A stretch of 64,000 nucleotides of DNA. Origin: Alphaproteobacteria bacterium (GTDB lineage: Bacteria; Pseudomonadota; Alphaproteobacteria; UBA828). The stretch spans positions 736,001 to 800,000 of the forward strand of contig CBDCCI010000002.1 in assembly GCA_965214705.1 (NCBI GenBank), written 5' to 3'. Shown piece after piece: positions 31,050 to 41,508 of this stretch. How positions within the stretch are numbered: the stretch's first letter is position 1; each line of letters begins with the position of its first letter. The notes below the pieces were generated by a model. It was not told the origin of the DNA and did not search any database. It saw only the letters and a list, made by a program, of their open reading frames with translations. The position numbers were made by a program, and so were the translations under genes.

Positions 31050-31374
31050 TATCGAGAAGGCGCGTCCGCGAGTCGATGAAGACAAGGTGTTCCTGCGCGT
31101 GCCGGCCCCGCATGTGCCATTCCCCTCTTCGAACGCCGTCACCCACATCGTGTGTCGCGCTCTGAACCGAACCGGCATGCACGACGCCCACCCCCGGGGA
31201 GCCCAGCTCTTCCGGCACTCCACGGCGACCGGCCTGCTGCGGTCCGGGGCCTCGCTGGAAACCGTCGGCACCCTGCTGAGGCATCGGCTGCCGAGTACCA
31301 CCGCGATCTACGCCAAGGTCAATGTCCCCATGCTCCAGGAAGTGGCGCAGCCCTGGGTGGGAGACGCCCGATGA
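31050..31374 (+). pseudogene. RitA-like tyrosine recombinase, 3' fragment
   Basis: LFRHS...LLRH...TTAIYAKV. Confidence 0.8.
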
Positions 31375-32294
31375 CCATGATCGACAACGTGGAACGTTAC
31401 ATCACCTTCAAGCACCATCTGGGATACAAGTTCGACCAGGCCGCCCGCATCCTGCGAGCCTTCGCCAACGAGACCGACGCCTCTTGCGATGAGTTGATCC
31501 GCGCCATCGCCGTTATCGACTGGTCCCGGAAGGCAGGCACGGCCGGGCAGGCGCAGATCCGGCTCCGGGTGGTTGCTGACTTCGCCGCTTGGCTGCACGC
31601 GGAAGACCAACGCCACGAAGTTCCATCGCGAGATGCCCTCGGCCGAGTGCCGGTGCGAAGATCCTCCCCTCATCTCCTGAGCCTGGGCCAGGTCAAGGAG
31701 ATCATGGACGCAGCGCTGTTGATGAAGAGCACGGGCCCACTCAACCGGTACACCTACCACTACATGATCGGATTGCTCGCCACCACCGGGCTGCGGCTGT
31801 CGGAGGCGCTCGCTCTGAAGCTGAACGACATTACTGCCGACGGGCTGGTGGTCCAGGCTTCGAAGCTCGGAAAATCGAGACTGGTTCCGCTTCATGACAG
31901 CACCAGCAAGGCGCTGGACCGTTATCTCGAAATCAGGATGCGCATGGGCGGCTCCGACGAGCACTTGTTCGTTCTCTCGAGCGGCAAACCCCCGCATCAC
32001 TCCACTCTATCGAAGATCTTCCTCAGGCTCGCCAGGCAAATCGGCCACCGTGGCGGTCCCGGGGAGCCCGGCTCTCGATTGCACGACTTGCGGCACGGAT
32101 TCGCCACGCGTTCGCTTGAGAACGCGGTCGTAGCCGATCGCGACAGCGTCAGCCGACACGTTCTGGCGCTATCCACTTATCTGGGGCACGTCAACATGGC
32201 CTCCACCTACTGGTATCTGGAGGCCACGCCGGTCCTGCTCCGCGGGATCGCCCGAGCTGCGGAAGCCACACATGCAGGGAGGGCGACCCGATGA
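31371..32294 (+). CDS. RitB-like tyrosine recombinase
   Basis: TGLRLSE, HDLRH and LSTYLGH...TYWYL. Confidence 0.88.
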   Translation: MTMIDNVERYITFKHHLGYKFDQAARILRAFANETDASCDELIRAIAVIDWSRKAGTAGQAQIRLRVVADFAAWLHAEDQRHEVPSRDALGRVPVRRSSPHLLSLGQVKEIMDAALLMKSTGPLNRYTYHYMIGLLATTGLRLSEALALKLNDITADGLVVQASKLGKSRLVPLHDSTSKALDRYLEIRMRMGGSDEHLFVLSSGKPPHHSTLSKIFLRLARQIGHRGGPGEPGSRLHDLRHGFATRSLENAVVADRDSVSRHVLALSTYLGHVNMASTYWYLEATPVLLRGIARAAEATHAGRATR

Positions 32295-32906
32295 CCGAGC
32301 TCGCGCCCTATATCAGCGCGTTCCTTGGGGAGCATCTACCCCGCGATCGCGGTGCCAGCCGCCACATGATCGAAAGTTACGCCGTGAGCTTCACTCAGCT
32401 CGTCTGCTTTGCGGAAGCCAGATACGGCGTTCGTCCCTGCAAGATCATGATCGAACAGTTGACGGCCGATCTGATCCTCGACTTCCTGGAATATCTGGAG
32501 CGTGATCGGGGAGCCACAATCGGGACACGCAACGTACGGTTGGCTGCGTTCAAATCCTTCTTCCGATACCTCGAGTACAGGGTTCCATCCTGTCTCGCCC
32601 TGGCCGGTCAGGTCCACGCGATCCCACTCAAGCGGCGAAACGAGCCAGTGGTCGATTATCTCGATCATGACGAGATACAGGCCCTGCTGGACGCGCCCGA
32701 TCCGGGGACGCGTTCCGGGATACGCGATCGCGCAATGCTGCACCTTGCGTACGCCGCCGGGCTGCGCGTGTCGGAGTTGGTTGGAATCGCATGCAACGAT
32801 GTCGAACAACCCGGCCTCGACGCCGTCCGCATCCATGGAAAGGGGCGTCGAGAACGCTCGTTGCCGCTGTGGACGCAAACGCGATCCGTCATCCGGGACT
32901 GGCTAG

Positions 32907-34519
32907 CCCGACCTATTCATGGAGAGCCTTGCACATGAGGCTCGGCTGAGGGGTCGCGTCGTGGCCTGACGCGGTTTGGCGCCGGGATCTGAGGATGGGT
33001 CGCTATTGGGTTGAGGGTTGAACGAGCCTGGGTTGTCGGGGCACATCGCCCCGGCGCTCAGGGGCCTGCTGCGGCGAGGCGGCCTGCGAGCAGTCGGAAG
33101 AGAGCGGCGTCCGGGCAGGCCGAGGCGAAGTGGATGCGGACGCGGGTGGCCTTCTCGATGACGCGGGCGCCGATCTTGAGGAGGCGCAGCCTGAGGGTTG
33201 CAAACTCGGCGCGGGCGAGCGGCGCTGTGCGGGGAATGGCGTCGCGGAGCGCGAGCATCAGCCAGTAGGCTGCGGTGTGGAGCACCAGCCTGAGCTGGTT
33301 GGCGAGCGGGCTCTGGCAGGAGGTGCGGTCCGAGGCGAGCTGGCCCTTGTGCATCTTGATCAGGTTTTCGGCCTGGCCGCGGGCGCAGTAGATGTCTTCG
33401 TAGAGGTGGCGGGGCTCGCCCTTGAGCGAGGTGACGACATAGCGGGCATCGAAGCCGCGCGTCGTCGCCTCCAGCCGAGCCACGACCCGGCGTTCGCGGC
33501 TCCAGGAGCGGGCGGCATAGGCGAAGGCGGCGAAGCTGCGCATCCTGTCCGCGCCGGCCTCGGCGCGGCGGACCTTGAGATCGTCGGCCACCTCGTAGGC
33601 CAAGGCGTTGAGCGCGCGGTTGCCCGCGAGGCCGAAGATGTAGTCGACGCCGTTCTGCTCGCACCAGGCCATGGCTTGCGCGCGGCCATAGTGGCTGTCT
33701 CCCCGGAAGACGATCCGAGTGTGCGGCCAGTGGCGGCGGATGCGGCGGACCAGGTGCTTGATGAGGGTGCGGACCTCGATCCCCGAGGGCGTCTTGCCGG
33801 GGCGCAGGAGGACCGCCACCGGCTTGCCGCTTTCCACGTGATAGACGTGGATGGGGAGGAAGCAGCGGGTGTCGTAATGAGCGTTGAACAGCGACAGCTG
33901 CTGGTGCCCGTGCACGGCATCGCAGGTGTCGTCGATATCCAGCGTGATGGCGGCGGGTGGGGCTGAGAAGGAGCGGCAGAAGAGATCGACCAGGGCGGCC
34001 GTCATGCGCGCCACCTCGATGCGAGACGGAGCGTTCTCCAGGCGGCTCATGGTGGGCTGGGAACAGAGATCGCGGCCGTTCTCCGGCGCCCGGCCTGAGG
34101 CCAGCTTGAACAGAGGGTCCGCGCGCAGCGTGTCGCAGTCGTCGGCGTCCTCGTACCCGCAGGCGATGGCCAACATGCGAAAGCGGAGCATGGCCGAGAG
34201 CGAGTGGATCACCTGCGCCTGATTGCGCCGGTCCCGGATGCAGCCCGCCAGGGTCTCGGCGAGACGCAAGCGGCGTTCCGCTTCGCGCAGCAGGACGAGG
34301 CCGCCGTCAGACGAGATCAGGCCGCCGTCGAAGGCGGCGCTCACCTTCTTGCGCGCGACGGCTGGCAGATCGAAGGGGAGAAGGCTATCGTCGGTCATGG
34401 CGGGCGTGGCGTGGCGTGGCTCGGAGAGGAAGACGCTCGGACAACGAATTCCTACCCGATGGCAACGGCTTACGCTACGTTCGCCACCCCAAAATCAGAC
34501 CTGCCATGAATAATCCGGG
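32907..34519 (-). mobile_element. IS1380-family element, copy 1
   Basis: Imperfect IR CCCGACCTATTCA/TGAATAATCCGGG; TSD CTAG. Confidence 0.9.
33058..34398 (-). CDS. IS1380 transposase
   Basis: FDGGLISSDGG, SQPTMSRLEN and YCARGQAENLIK. Confidence 0.92.
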   Translation of the reverse strand: MTDDSLLPFDLPAVARKKVSAAFDGGLISSDGGLVLLREAERRLRLAETLAGCIRDRRNQAQVIHSLSAMLRFRMLAIACGYEDADDCDTLRADPLFKLASGRAPENGRDLCSQPTMSRLENAPSRIEVARMTAALVDLFCRSFSAPPAAITLDIDDTCDAVHGHQQLSLFNAHYDTRCFLPIHVYHVESGKPVAVLLRPGKTPSGIEVRTLIKHLVRRIRRHWPHTRIVFRGDSHYGRAQAMAWCEQNGVDYIFGLAGNRALNALAYEVADDLKVRRAEAGADRMRSFAAFAYAARSWSRERRVVARLEATTRGFDARYVVTSLKGEPRHLYEDIYCARGQAENLIKMHKGQLASDRTSCQSPLANQLRLVLHTAAYWLMLALRDAIPRTAPLARAEFATLRLRLLKIGARVIEKATRVRIHFASACPDAALFRLLAGRLAAAGP

Positions 34520-34992
34520 CTAGCAATCCGTCCCGACGGATCAAGCGACCATCTGTTCCTCAACGCCCGCGGCGTCGGCATGACGCGACACGGCTTCGCT
34601 CACCGTCTGAAGCTACATGCTGCGACGGCGCGGCGAGCCGCACCATCCATCGCCACCAAGCGCATTAGCCCGCATGTGCTTCGACACGCCTGCGCGATCC
34701 ACACCCTGGAAGCCACGCGCGACATCCGCAAAATGTCTCTCTGGCTGGGTCATGCAAGCGTTCAGAGCACGGAGATCTACCTCCGGGCCGATCCCGTGGA
34801 CAAGCTGGATGTCCTTGCTGCGCGGCAACCACCGTCGGTGCGGAAGGGAGTCTTCATGGGTGCGACCGACCGTCTGATGGCGATATTGCACGACGTGAAG
34901 CGCCAATAGAAATGGTGAGCGGCTCCGGCCCTGAAGCCCGGTCTTGCAGGGTCGCGGCGCACCTACTCTCCATTATCTAGCCGTCACCATTA

Positions 34993-35193
34993 CACAGCGT
35001 CGATCGCCACATCGGCTGCGACGGCGGTGCGATGGCAGCGCTGCGCCGAAGCCCGAAGCCAGTCATATTGCTCCGCAGACATGAACACGAACTCACGGCG
35101 CCCATGCCGGGTAATCTCCACCGGCTCGCGCTGCGCTTCATGCTGGAACCGACCGAACTTCTACTGGAACTCGAAGGCGCTCACGGTGGGCAT
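34993..35193 (-). pseudogene. Phd/YefM antitoxin pseudogene cut by the RIT
   Basis: MPTVSAFEFQ*KFGRFQHEAQREPVEITRHGR, with an internal TAG. Confidence 0.7.
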
Positions 35194-35342
35194 GGCAGCC
35201 TTTCCAGGTAACAGGTACCTGCCTCAATATACAATCCCTAGGAACGAAATAGGCAGGCGAAGGCAACCTTCGCGCGGTTGGTGGGGCGATGTCAGAAATC
35301 GCTCTGATTCGTGTCCAGCGGGGCTCCGGAGACGCGTTCCGG

Positions 35343-35831
35343 TTAGCAGACCCATGCAGAAGCGACGGACGATGCGGCCGAGCGCATCAGCGCCTCGACC
35401 TGATCGGCGATCCTCTGTGCGGGCTCGCGAAGCTGGGCGATGGTCCAATCTGCGGCATAGCCTCCGGTGACATCGTTGGGCCGCGCGTGGTTGGCCAGCC
35501 GCTTGGTCAGCGAGGGAGGCAGCATCAGCTCGCGCTCGGCGACGGTAATGAAGGAATTGCGCAGTCCGTGGAACCAGAACCTGGCGCCGCCGGCCTCTCC
35601 GATGCGGGCGTAGAGATGATGCGGGTCCTGGACATGGCCGGTGGCGGCGGTGCGCGAGGGGAACACCCAGTCGCGGACATCGACCGGGTAGTCGCCGGCC
35701 TCGGCCTGCCGGCGCTTGAGAATGGCTGCGAGCTGCCGGGTGGTGTGCCAATCCTTCTCGATGAAGGACGGGTCGACGGCGAGCTCCGTGGCGACCGCCT
35801 CAAGAAGCTCTTGACCGGGAGAGTCGCTCAA
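35343..35831 (-). pseudogene. In-frame chimera: AbiEii-like N-terminus fused to a tyrosine-integrase C-terminus
   Basis: ...PSFIEKDWH joined near 35745 to TRQLAAIL...HGLRNSF...NH...VTGGY. Confidence 0.75.
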
Positions 35832-36234
35832 AGGAGACGTATTTTCCGTCGTAGCCGATCTTGCGGGAGATGCGGCTCCGGACGGCGATCACGCGTCCGG
35901 TGGGGACTTGGGTGCTGGTGCCTGCACTATTGGCCTGGGCAAATGTGGATGGCATCGCTTGCACGTCGAGCCGCTCCAGAGCTTCAAGCGTAAGCGCGGG
36001 GAGGGGCTTGGCGACGACAGTCCTGCCGGATATTGGCGAAATGGCGGTGCGGGCATACAGGCCATAACCGATCTTGACGAGGCGGCCCTTGGCGGTAAGG
36101 CATTTCAGCGCGCGACCGACCTGGTCGTAACCGCCAAGATCCTCGAAGTCACGGCGCAGGAAGACATTGGCCTTCTTGCACGCAATGCGCCGGGCGATCC
36201 GCTTCTCCAAAGGCTGAGGTCGTGAGGATGCCAT
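35800..36234 (-). CDS. DUF6088/AbiEi-like antitoxin
   Basis: DFEDLGGYDQVGRAL...GYGLY and STQVP motifs. Confidence 0.75.
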   Translation of the reverse strand: MASSRPQPLEKRIARRIACKKANVFLRRDFEDLGGYDQVGRALKCLTAKGRLVKIGYGLYARTAISPISGRTVVAKPLPALTLEALERLDVQAMPSTFAQANSAGTSTQVPTGRVIAVRSRISRKIGYDGKYVSFERLSRSRAS

Positions 36235-36474
36235 GGTTGCCAGCTTGCAAAAATACGACACTCGGCAGCACACGGATATGGTGTGAGCGGGCTGCTGTCA
36301 ACAGCTTGGGAGGAGGGCTCACCGGGTCGAAACGGACATACAACCCGAACCGTAGAACCCGCCCGTCTTCCAGAATTCCGATCCGACGGCGGCCGCCTCC
36401 GAGGTCAAGCCGTCGAGGATCGTGCGGACAGGCAGCTCAAGAGCCCCCCTACACGGGGATCGGAACGAAACGCA

Positions 36475-38946
36475 TCATCCGACCTCCGGCAGGCGTGGGC
36501 GGCTCAGCAGGTCATTGCCGGCGATCTCTGGCGAAGCGGCGCCCGACCTCTCGACGGTGTAGCCAAGGCTTTCATACCCTCGGACGCGCTTCTCGCTCAT
36601 GCGCATGAGCGTCGGCACGGCCTGGTCGACATAGTCGTGGACCAGCACTTCGTGCTTCGCGGCGTGCAGGCGGTGGAGGCGGCCGACATATTGCGCGAGC
36701 GTGCCCTTCCACGAAATCGGCATCGTCAGGAACAGGGTGTCGAGGCGGGCGTCGTCGAAGCCTTCGCCGACATAGCGGCCTGTCGCGATCAGCACCCGCT
36801 CTTCCGTCTCGGGGATGTCTTCGAGACGCTGCATGATCTCGCGGCGCTGCCTGGTCCCCATGCCTCCGCGGAGAACGAGCACGTTCCGGGCAAAGCGGCC
36901 GAGCCGCTCCGCAAGGCGGTGGGCATGGTCCTTGCGTTCGGTGAGCAGGATCGGCGAGCGGCCCGCCTCCAGCGCCTGCAGCACATCGTCGAAGATCATG
37001 TCGTTGCGATCCTCGTCCGAGGCCAGCGCGGCGTATACATGCTGGATGAGCGGGCGCTCCGCGTCCATGCCGGCCGGCAGCCGGAATTCCGTCGGGCGCA
37101 GGATCGCCCGGTGTCCGAAGGGTCGTTGCCGGGCCTGCGCCTTCGCGCTGGTGCTGAACCGGACAGGACCGCACTGCATGAAGACGATCGGATGGTGACC
37201 ATCCCGGCGCGTGACCGTTGCAGACAGACCGAGGACGTATTTCGCCTTCGCCCGGCGCGCGACCGCCTCGAAGCTGACGGCGGAGATATGGTGGCACTCG
37301 TCGACCACGAGATGTCCGTAATCGGCGACGATGTCGTCGACCTCGCCCTTGCGCACCAGGCTCTGGATGACACCGACATCGACGATGCCGCCCGGTTTGC
37401 GCCTGCCGCCGCCGATTTGCCCGATCGCGGCGACCGGAAGATCGAGAAACGCCGCGAGCCGCGCGATCCATTGTTCCATGAGCTGGCGCCGGTGGACCAG
37501 CACCAGCGTGTTGGTCCGGCGGGCGGCGATGACGGCCGCGGCGATGACCGTCTTGCCGAACCCGGTCGCCGCCGCGAGCACGCCGATGTCGTGCGGCAAC
37601 AGTGCATCGGCGGCGGATTGCTGCTCCGGAGTCAGGCTTCCGAGAAACGTCGTTTCTACCGGACGGCCGGGATTGCGCTCGTCGCGCATGTCCAAAGGGA
37701 TGCCCAGTTCTTCCAGCAACCCCTCCATCGCCTCGCCGCAGCCGCGAGGCAGGGCAATGTGGTGAGACAGCAACTCGGCGCAGGCGACGATGCGCGGGAT
37801 GCCGAAGGTGGAGCGCCGCATCGCCTGAGCGCTGTAGAAGGCCGGGTTCTGGAAGGCCGCGAGACGGATGAGCCGGTTGACCAGACCCGGCGGCAAATTG
37901 GCGCGCGGGATGTAGATCTGGTCGCCCCGAACCGCGTCGATCCGCTCCGGCAGCGGTCCGGCAATCTCGGGCAGCGGCCGGCGCCGCGACGGCGGCGCGC
38001 TCCAGGGCTCGTCGTCCTCTTCGTCGAGCGGCAAACGCAGCCCGACAACCCGGCCCTGCCGGCCAGCCTCGTCAACGATGGCGGTCGCCTCGGCCAGGGA
38101 GAGGCGGCGCATGGAGGAGAGGAAAGCCCACTGGTCGGCATGGGGCTCGAAACTGTCGTCCAGAAAGACGCTGTTGCCGTCCTCGCGCGGACCGCCCTGC
38201 AGCGGCAGCGCGATGAGATTGCCGAAGCCGCCCGCGGGCACGGTGTCCTGGCTCGGGAAGAACCGGTCGTAGGACGCGAACCCGATATCCGGGTTGCGCT
38301 CCATCGTCTCGGTGACCAGATGGGCGCCGAGACGGCGGGCGAGGGCGGCGGGCACCGGCTCGACGAAGAAGATCCAGACATGCCCGCCATTGCCCGAACG
38401 CGAGCGTTCGAGAGCCGCCGGCACGCCCTTCAAGCGGCAGGCTTCGAGAAAGGCGCCCGCGTCCCGTCGCCAGCTCGCCTTATCGAAGTCGGCGGCGAGA
38501 ATCCGGCAGGTGTCGTCCGGGAGCATGGGATAGACGCCGATCGTGTGGCGGCCGCGCAGATGCCCGTCGATCGCCTCGTCCGTCACCTCCCGGAACGCCT
38601 GGTTGGGACAGGCGCCGCACTTGACGCGCGGCTTGCCACAGATGCGGGGCGCCCACTCATTGGCGCAGACCGGTGCGTATCCCGCCTTGCCTGTCCCGGC
38701 GTTGTCCCAGCGCTTCGGATAGACGTCCTCGCGGCCGCGAAACAGGGATCTGAACAGCGCGATCTTGTCGTGTGCCGACGAACGGTTGGTGATCGGTCCC
38801 GCGGACGGCAGGACATCCTTCAACGCGGTGGGCGGATTCCCAATCTCAGCGAGACGGGCCTCAAGGGTCGCCTTCTCGGCCTCAAGACGCGCAAGCCGCT
38901 CGCGTATGAGCGCGGCTTCCTCGTCGTGGGATGAAGCGTGCGCCAA
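36475..38946 (-). CDS. AEP primase-polymerase/SF2 helicase fusion (IEE/TOTE-like), about 823 aa
   Basis: LFRGREDVY, DFD, SRSGNGGH and GNLIALPLQ (AEP-type); ATGFGKT, DECHH, SAT and QYVGRLHR (SF2); start codon estimated. Confidence 0.85.
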   Translation of the reverse strand: MAHASSHDEEAALIRERLARLEAEKATLEARLAEIGNPPTALKDVLPSAGPITNRSSAHDKIALFRSLFRGREDVYPKRWDNAGTGKAGYAPVCANEWAPRICGKPRVKCGACPNQAFREVTDEAIDGHLRGRHTIGVYPMLPDDTCRILAADFDKASWRRDAGAFLEACRLKGVPAALERSRSGNGGHVWIFFVEPVPAALARRLGAHLVTETMERNPDIGFASYDRFFPSQDTVPAGGFGNLIALPLQGGPREDGNSVFLDDSFEPHADQWAFLSSMRRLSLAEATAIVDEAGRQGRVVGLRLPLDEEDDEPWSAPPSRRRPLPEIAGPLPERIDAVRGDQIYIPRANLPPGLVNRLIRLAAFQNPAFYSAQAMRRSTFGIPRIVACAELLSHHIALPRGCGEAMEGLLEELGIPLDMRDERNPGRPVETTFLGSLTPEQQSAADALLPHDIGVLAAATGFGKTVIAAAVIAARRTNTLVLVHRRQLMEQWIARLAAFLDLPVAAIGQIGGGRRKPGGIVDVGVIQSLVRKGEVDDIVADYGHLVVDECHHISAVSFEAVARRAKAKYVLGLSATVTRRDGHHPIVFMQCGPVRFSTSAKAQARQRPFGHRAILRPTEFRLPAGMDAERPLIQHVYAALASDEDRNDMIFDDVLQALEAGRSPILLTERKDHAHRLAERLGRFARNVLVLRGGMGTRQRREIMQRLEDIPETEERVLIATGRYVGEGFDDARLDTLFLTMPISWKGTLAQYVGRLHRLHAAKHEVLVHDYVDQAVPTLMRMSEKRVRGYESLGYTVERSGAASPEIAGNDLLSRPRLPEVG

Positions 38947-39161
38947 GTCGTCCCCGTTTCGTAGATCGACCCGCAAATGCCGGCGAGGGAGCAGGATAGT
39001 GCGCCCCGAAAGCCCCGGTAAACATCGCCACCGCCGCGTACCGTTCAGCCCGCGCCTCCTCCAGCTCCTGCTCCGCATTGGTTCTGGGCGCTCTTTGAAT
39101 GTCCGGGGCGTACGCTTCTTCCACCGAATCCGTGAAACAGCATGAGCCGGACCGGAAGCGG

Positions 39162-40457
39162 CTAGTCGCGGACAACGAGGATAGCCGAGAGAGAGCCAAG
39201 CGGATCCGCATTTTCGAGCCGGTTGGCCAGCAGGTAGAGATCCCGGGCGTGCATCCCGAGTCTCCGGTGCCGCCACACCAGACACTGCACGCCGTTCAGC
39301 GTTCCGTGGCCATCCGTCGGGCTTTGTTCCCCTGCCCCATAGAAGAGAAGTGTGTTTCCCCCGTACATCCAGTCCGCACGGAGGGCCGGAGGATGCTCGG
39401 ACAGCAGCTTCTCGAAGGAAGCCAGATCCTCGCCCTCGGCGCTTGTTCCGGCCGGCTGGGGCACGCTCACGACGCATAGGCCGAGGGAAGACGGCACCAC
39501 GCCCCAGTCGCCGTGATTGTCGTTGCCGGGTTCCCGAGCGCCGTGCTGCACGTCGCCGCCGCGTCGCCGGAGCCGCTCGTGTCCGGAGAAATACCGATAG
39601 GCCTCGATCTGCGCGGACACGATCTCCGGAAGAAACGTCGGGTACGGCGTGTCGGCCTTGACCAGGTTGGCTCCGTGAACGCTGTCGCCACGCCTGAACC
39701 GCGTCGTCGGCTCCGCATAGTAACGAGAGTCTGTGTAGACCCCGCTGCTCGAACCGTAGGTGCTGTTATACCTCCCCAGAATGGCTTCCACGGTTGGGGG
39801 CTCGATGCCGAGGGCCGTCAGGTTGGTGTTCAGGTATGACTTGGAAAACACGGCGTCGATCCGGTCGCGATGAGCGGGATGGAGCGCCTTGTACAGTCGT
39901 AGGAGGGAATGCCCGGACGCGTCCTTGTCGTCCCTCGTCAGGCAGGCCTTGAACCCCAGTTCGGCGGCCGTGACGAGGAGGTGCAGCGCAAGCATGATCT
40001 CGACCAGACTGGCCGGCAGTCGTCCGGCCGGCACAGCAGCGTTGTAGAGCCTGAAATACTGCTCCGCGAACTCGAGCATGAGATCGGGGTCGCCGTGGCG
40101 GTCGATGACCGTGCCGTCCTGCACGTTGCCCTCGAATGTGGGCCACAGCGCGTTCCGGCCGGCCCGATAGGCGGCGGGGAACTGGACGGACACGAAGTCT
40201 CGCCTGTCCGCGGGCAGGTTGTGGAGCATCACCTGCCGGCGGCGCACATCGCCGGTTCGGGTGTCGCCGTCCGCGGCGCGTTCCACCGGCGTTTCGTGCG
40301 CCAGGGGATCGTCCGTAGTCCGCCGACCGCATGCGGGGCAGAGATACTCTGTCTCCTCTTTGACCAGATTCCCGAGGAGCCGAAGTCCGAACCGGAACGC
40401 CTTGGGCGTGGCGATCAGCTCGGTATCGGTGCATGCGTCGCAAACACGGTTCATCAA
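39162..40457 (-). CDS. Hypothetical protein with N-terminal Zn ribbon and HEPN-like region
   Basis: CxxC...CxxC; ELGFKA, GHSLLRLY and SRY. Confidence 0.55.
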   Translation of the reverse strand: MMNRVCDACTDTELIATPKAFRFGLRLLGNLVKEETEYLCPACGRRTTDDPLAHETPVERAADGDTRTGDVRRRQVMLHNLPADRRDFVSVQFPAAYRAGRNALWPTFEGNVQDGTVIDRHGDPDLMLEFAEQYFRLYNAAVPAGRLPASLVEIMLALHLLVTAAELGFKACLTRDDKDASGHSLLRLYKALHPAHRDRIDAVFSKSYLNTNLTALGIEPPTVEAILGRYNSTYGSSSGVYTDSRYYAEPTTRFRRGDSVHGANLVKADTPYPTFLPEIVSAQIEAYRYFSGHERLRRRGGDVQHGAREPGNDNHGDWGVVPSSLGLCVVSVPQPAGTSAEGEDLASFEKLLSEHPPALRADWMYGGNTLLFYGAGEQSPTDGHGTLNGVQCLVWRHRRLGMHARDLYLLANRLENADPLGSLSAILVVRD

Positions 40458-40749
40458 GGTTCTCCGCAGAGGAATAGCTCAGGCCGCTCCGATTTCGGGA
40501 CGGCACGTTACCCTTTTCGGACTCACCCCGCGCGGGACGAAGACGGCTCGCCGATACTGCCCGGAGAGCCGCACCCCTCGGCCTGCGGGCAGGCTGTCCG
40601 GCAGTGCGGCCGCCGGGCGAATGCGACCTTGTAGATGCGACAGTTGCCCATGCAGGGCGTGCCCCGAGTGTTGGCGGACAATTCCGGGCCGACGAGGCTC
40701 CGGGAGACAATGAAGATGGGATCGGAGTAGGCGAGCGGGCCAAGTCTTT

Positions 40750-41508
40750 CTACGTTAGTTGATACACGGTGCGAAGAAGATCGGCTGCCTCATCCCGGGT
40801 GAAGGGAACGTCAAATGCCCTAGGATCGAGAGTCTGGTCGGCGTGAGCCTGGTCGACGAAAGCGCTAAGGTCTTGGCGGACGGATTCGGGCAGTGCGACC
40901 CGTGTGTCCTCGGGCAGGAGTTGCGCGAGCCGGAAGACATCGTTGCGATGCTTCCTGATGTCCCTTCGGTCGACGTTCGCGCCTTCCTCGGACCGAGCGG
41001 TGAGGTCGAGAACTGCGCGGGCCTTGAACGGTATGAGCAGGGTCTCGTCGACGATCGTGACGCCCTCGACTTGGCGCTTGGCGGCCTGGAGCGCCGCGAA
41101 ATAGGCATCGTCCAGCAGGATTGCCGAAAGGCTGACGATGTCCTGGTCTACCGGTACCCGCGCGTAGATCGCGCCTTCGGGCAGGTCGAGGTTCACCGGG
41201 CGCCGCGCAAAGAGCTCAATCATGAAAGGGAAGCTCCGGTCGGTCGGACGGTGAAATCGGCAGAATTCCCTTCGACCGTCGCTCCGTTCGCGGGCTTGAT
41301 ATCCGCCTGCATCAAGGAACGTTTGGAAGGCCTTTCCGAATTCGGCGTCGACCACCTCGATGCAAAGCACCATGTCGATGTCCCTGGTCGCCCTGAAATC
41401 GAGACCAGCTGCGTCGAACAGCAGGTCGCAAGCGGTGCCGCCGATGATGGCGTATTGCCCCTCGTGGGCTGCGAAGTGTTCGCGAAACTTGTCGATTCCG
41501 GTTACCAC
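40750..41508 (-). CDS. Nucleotidyltransferase (AbiEii-like)
   Basis: IIGGTAC...RATRDIDM and KHRNDVFRL. Confidence 0.75.
   Translation of the reverse strand: MVTGIDKFREHFAAHEGQYAIIGGTACDLLFDAAGLDFRATRDIDMVLCIEVVDAEFGKAFQTFLDAGGYQARERSDGRREFCRFHRPTDRSFPFMIELFARRPVNLDLPEGAIYARVPVDQDIVSLSAILLDDAYFAALQAAKRQVEGVTIVDETLLIPFKARAVLDLTARSEEGANVDRRDIRKHRNDVFRLAQLLPEDTRVALPESVRQDLSAFVDQAHADQTLDPRAFDVPFTRDEAADLLRTVYQLT

Larger units (their letters stand above)
32291..34909 (+). pseudogene. RitC-like tyrosine recombinase interrupted by IS1380
   Basis: Removing the IS restores DWLA|IRPDGSSDHLFLNARG...PHVLRH...WLGH. Confidence 0.88.
31050..34993 (+). mobile_element. RIT element (recombinase in trio); left end deleted
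   Basis: Three overlapping tyrosine recombinase genes with ATGA overlaps. Confidence 0.8.
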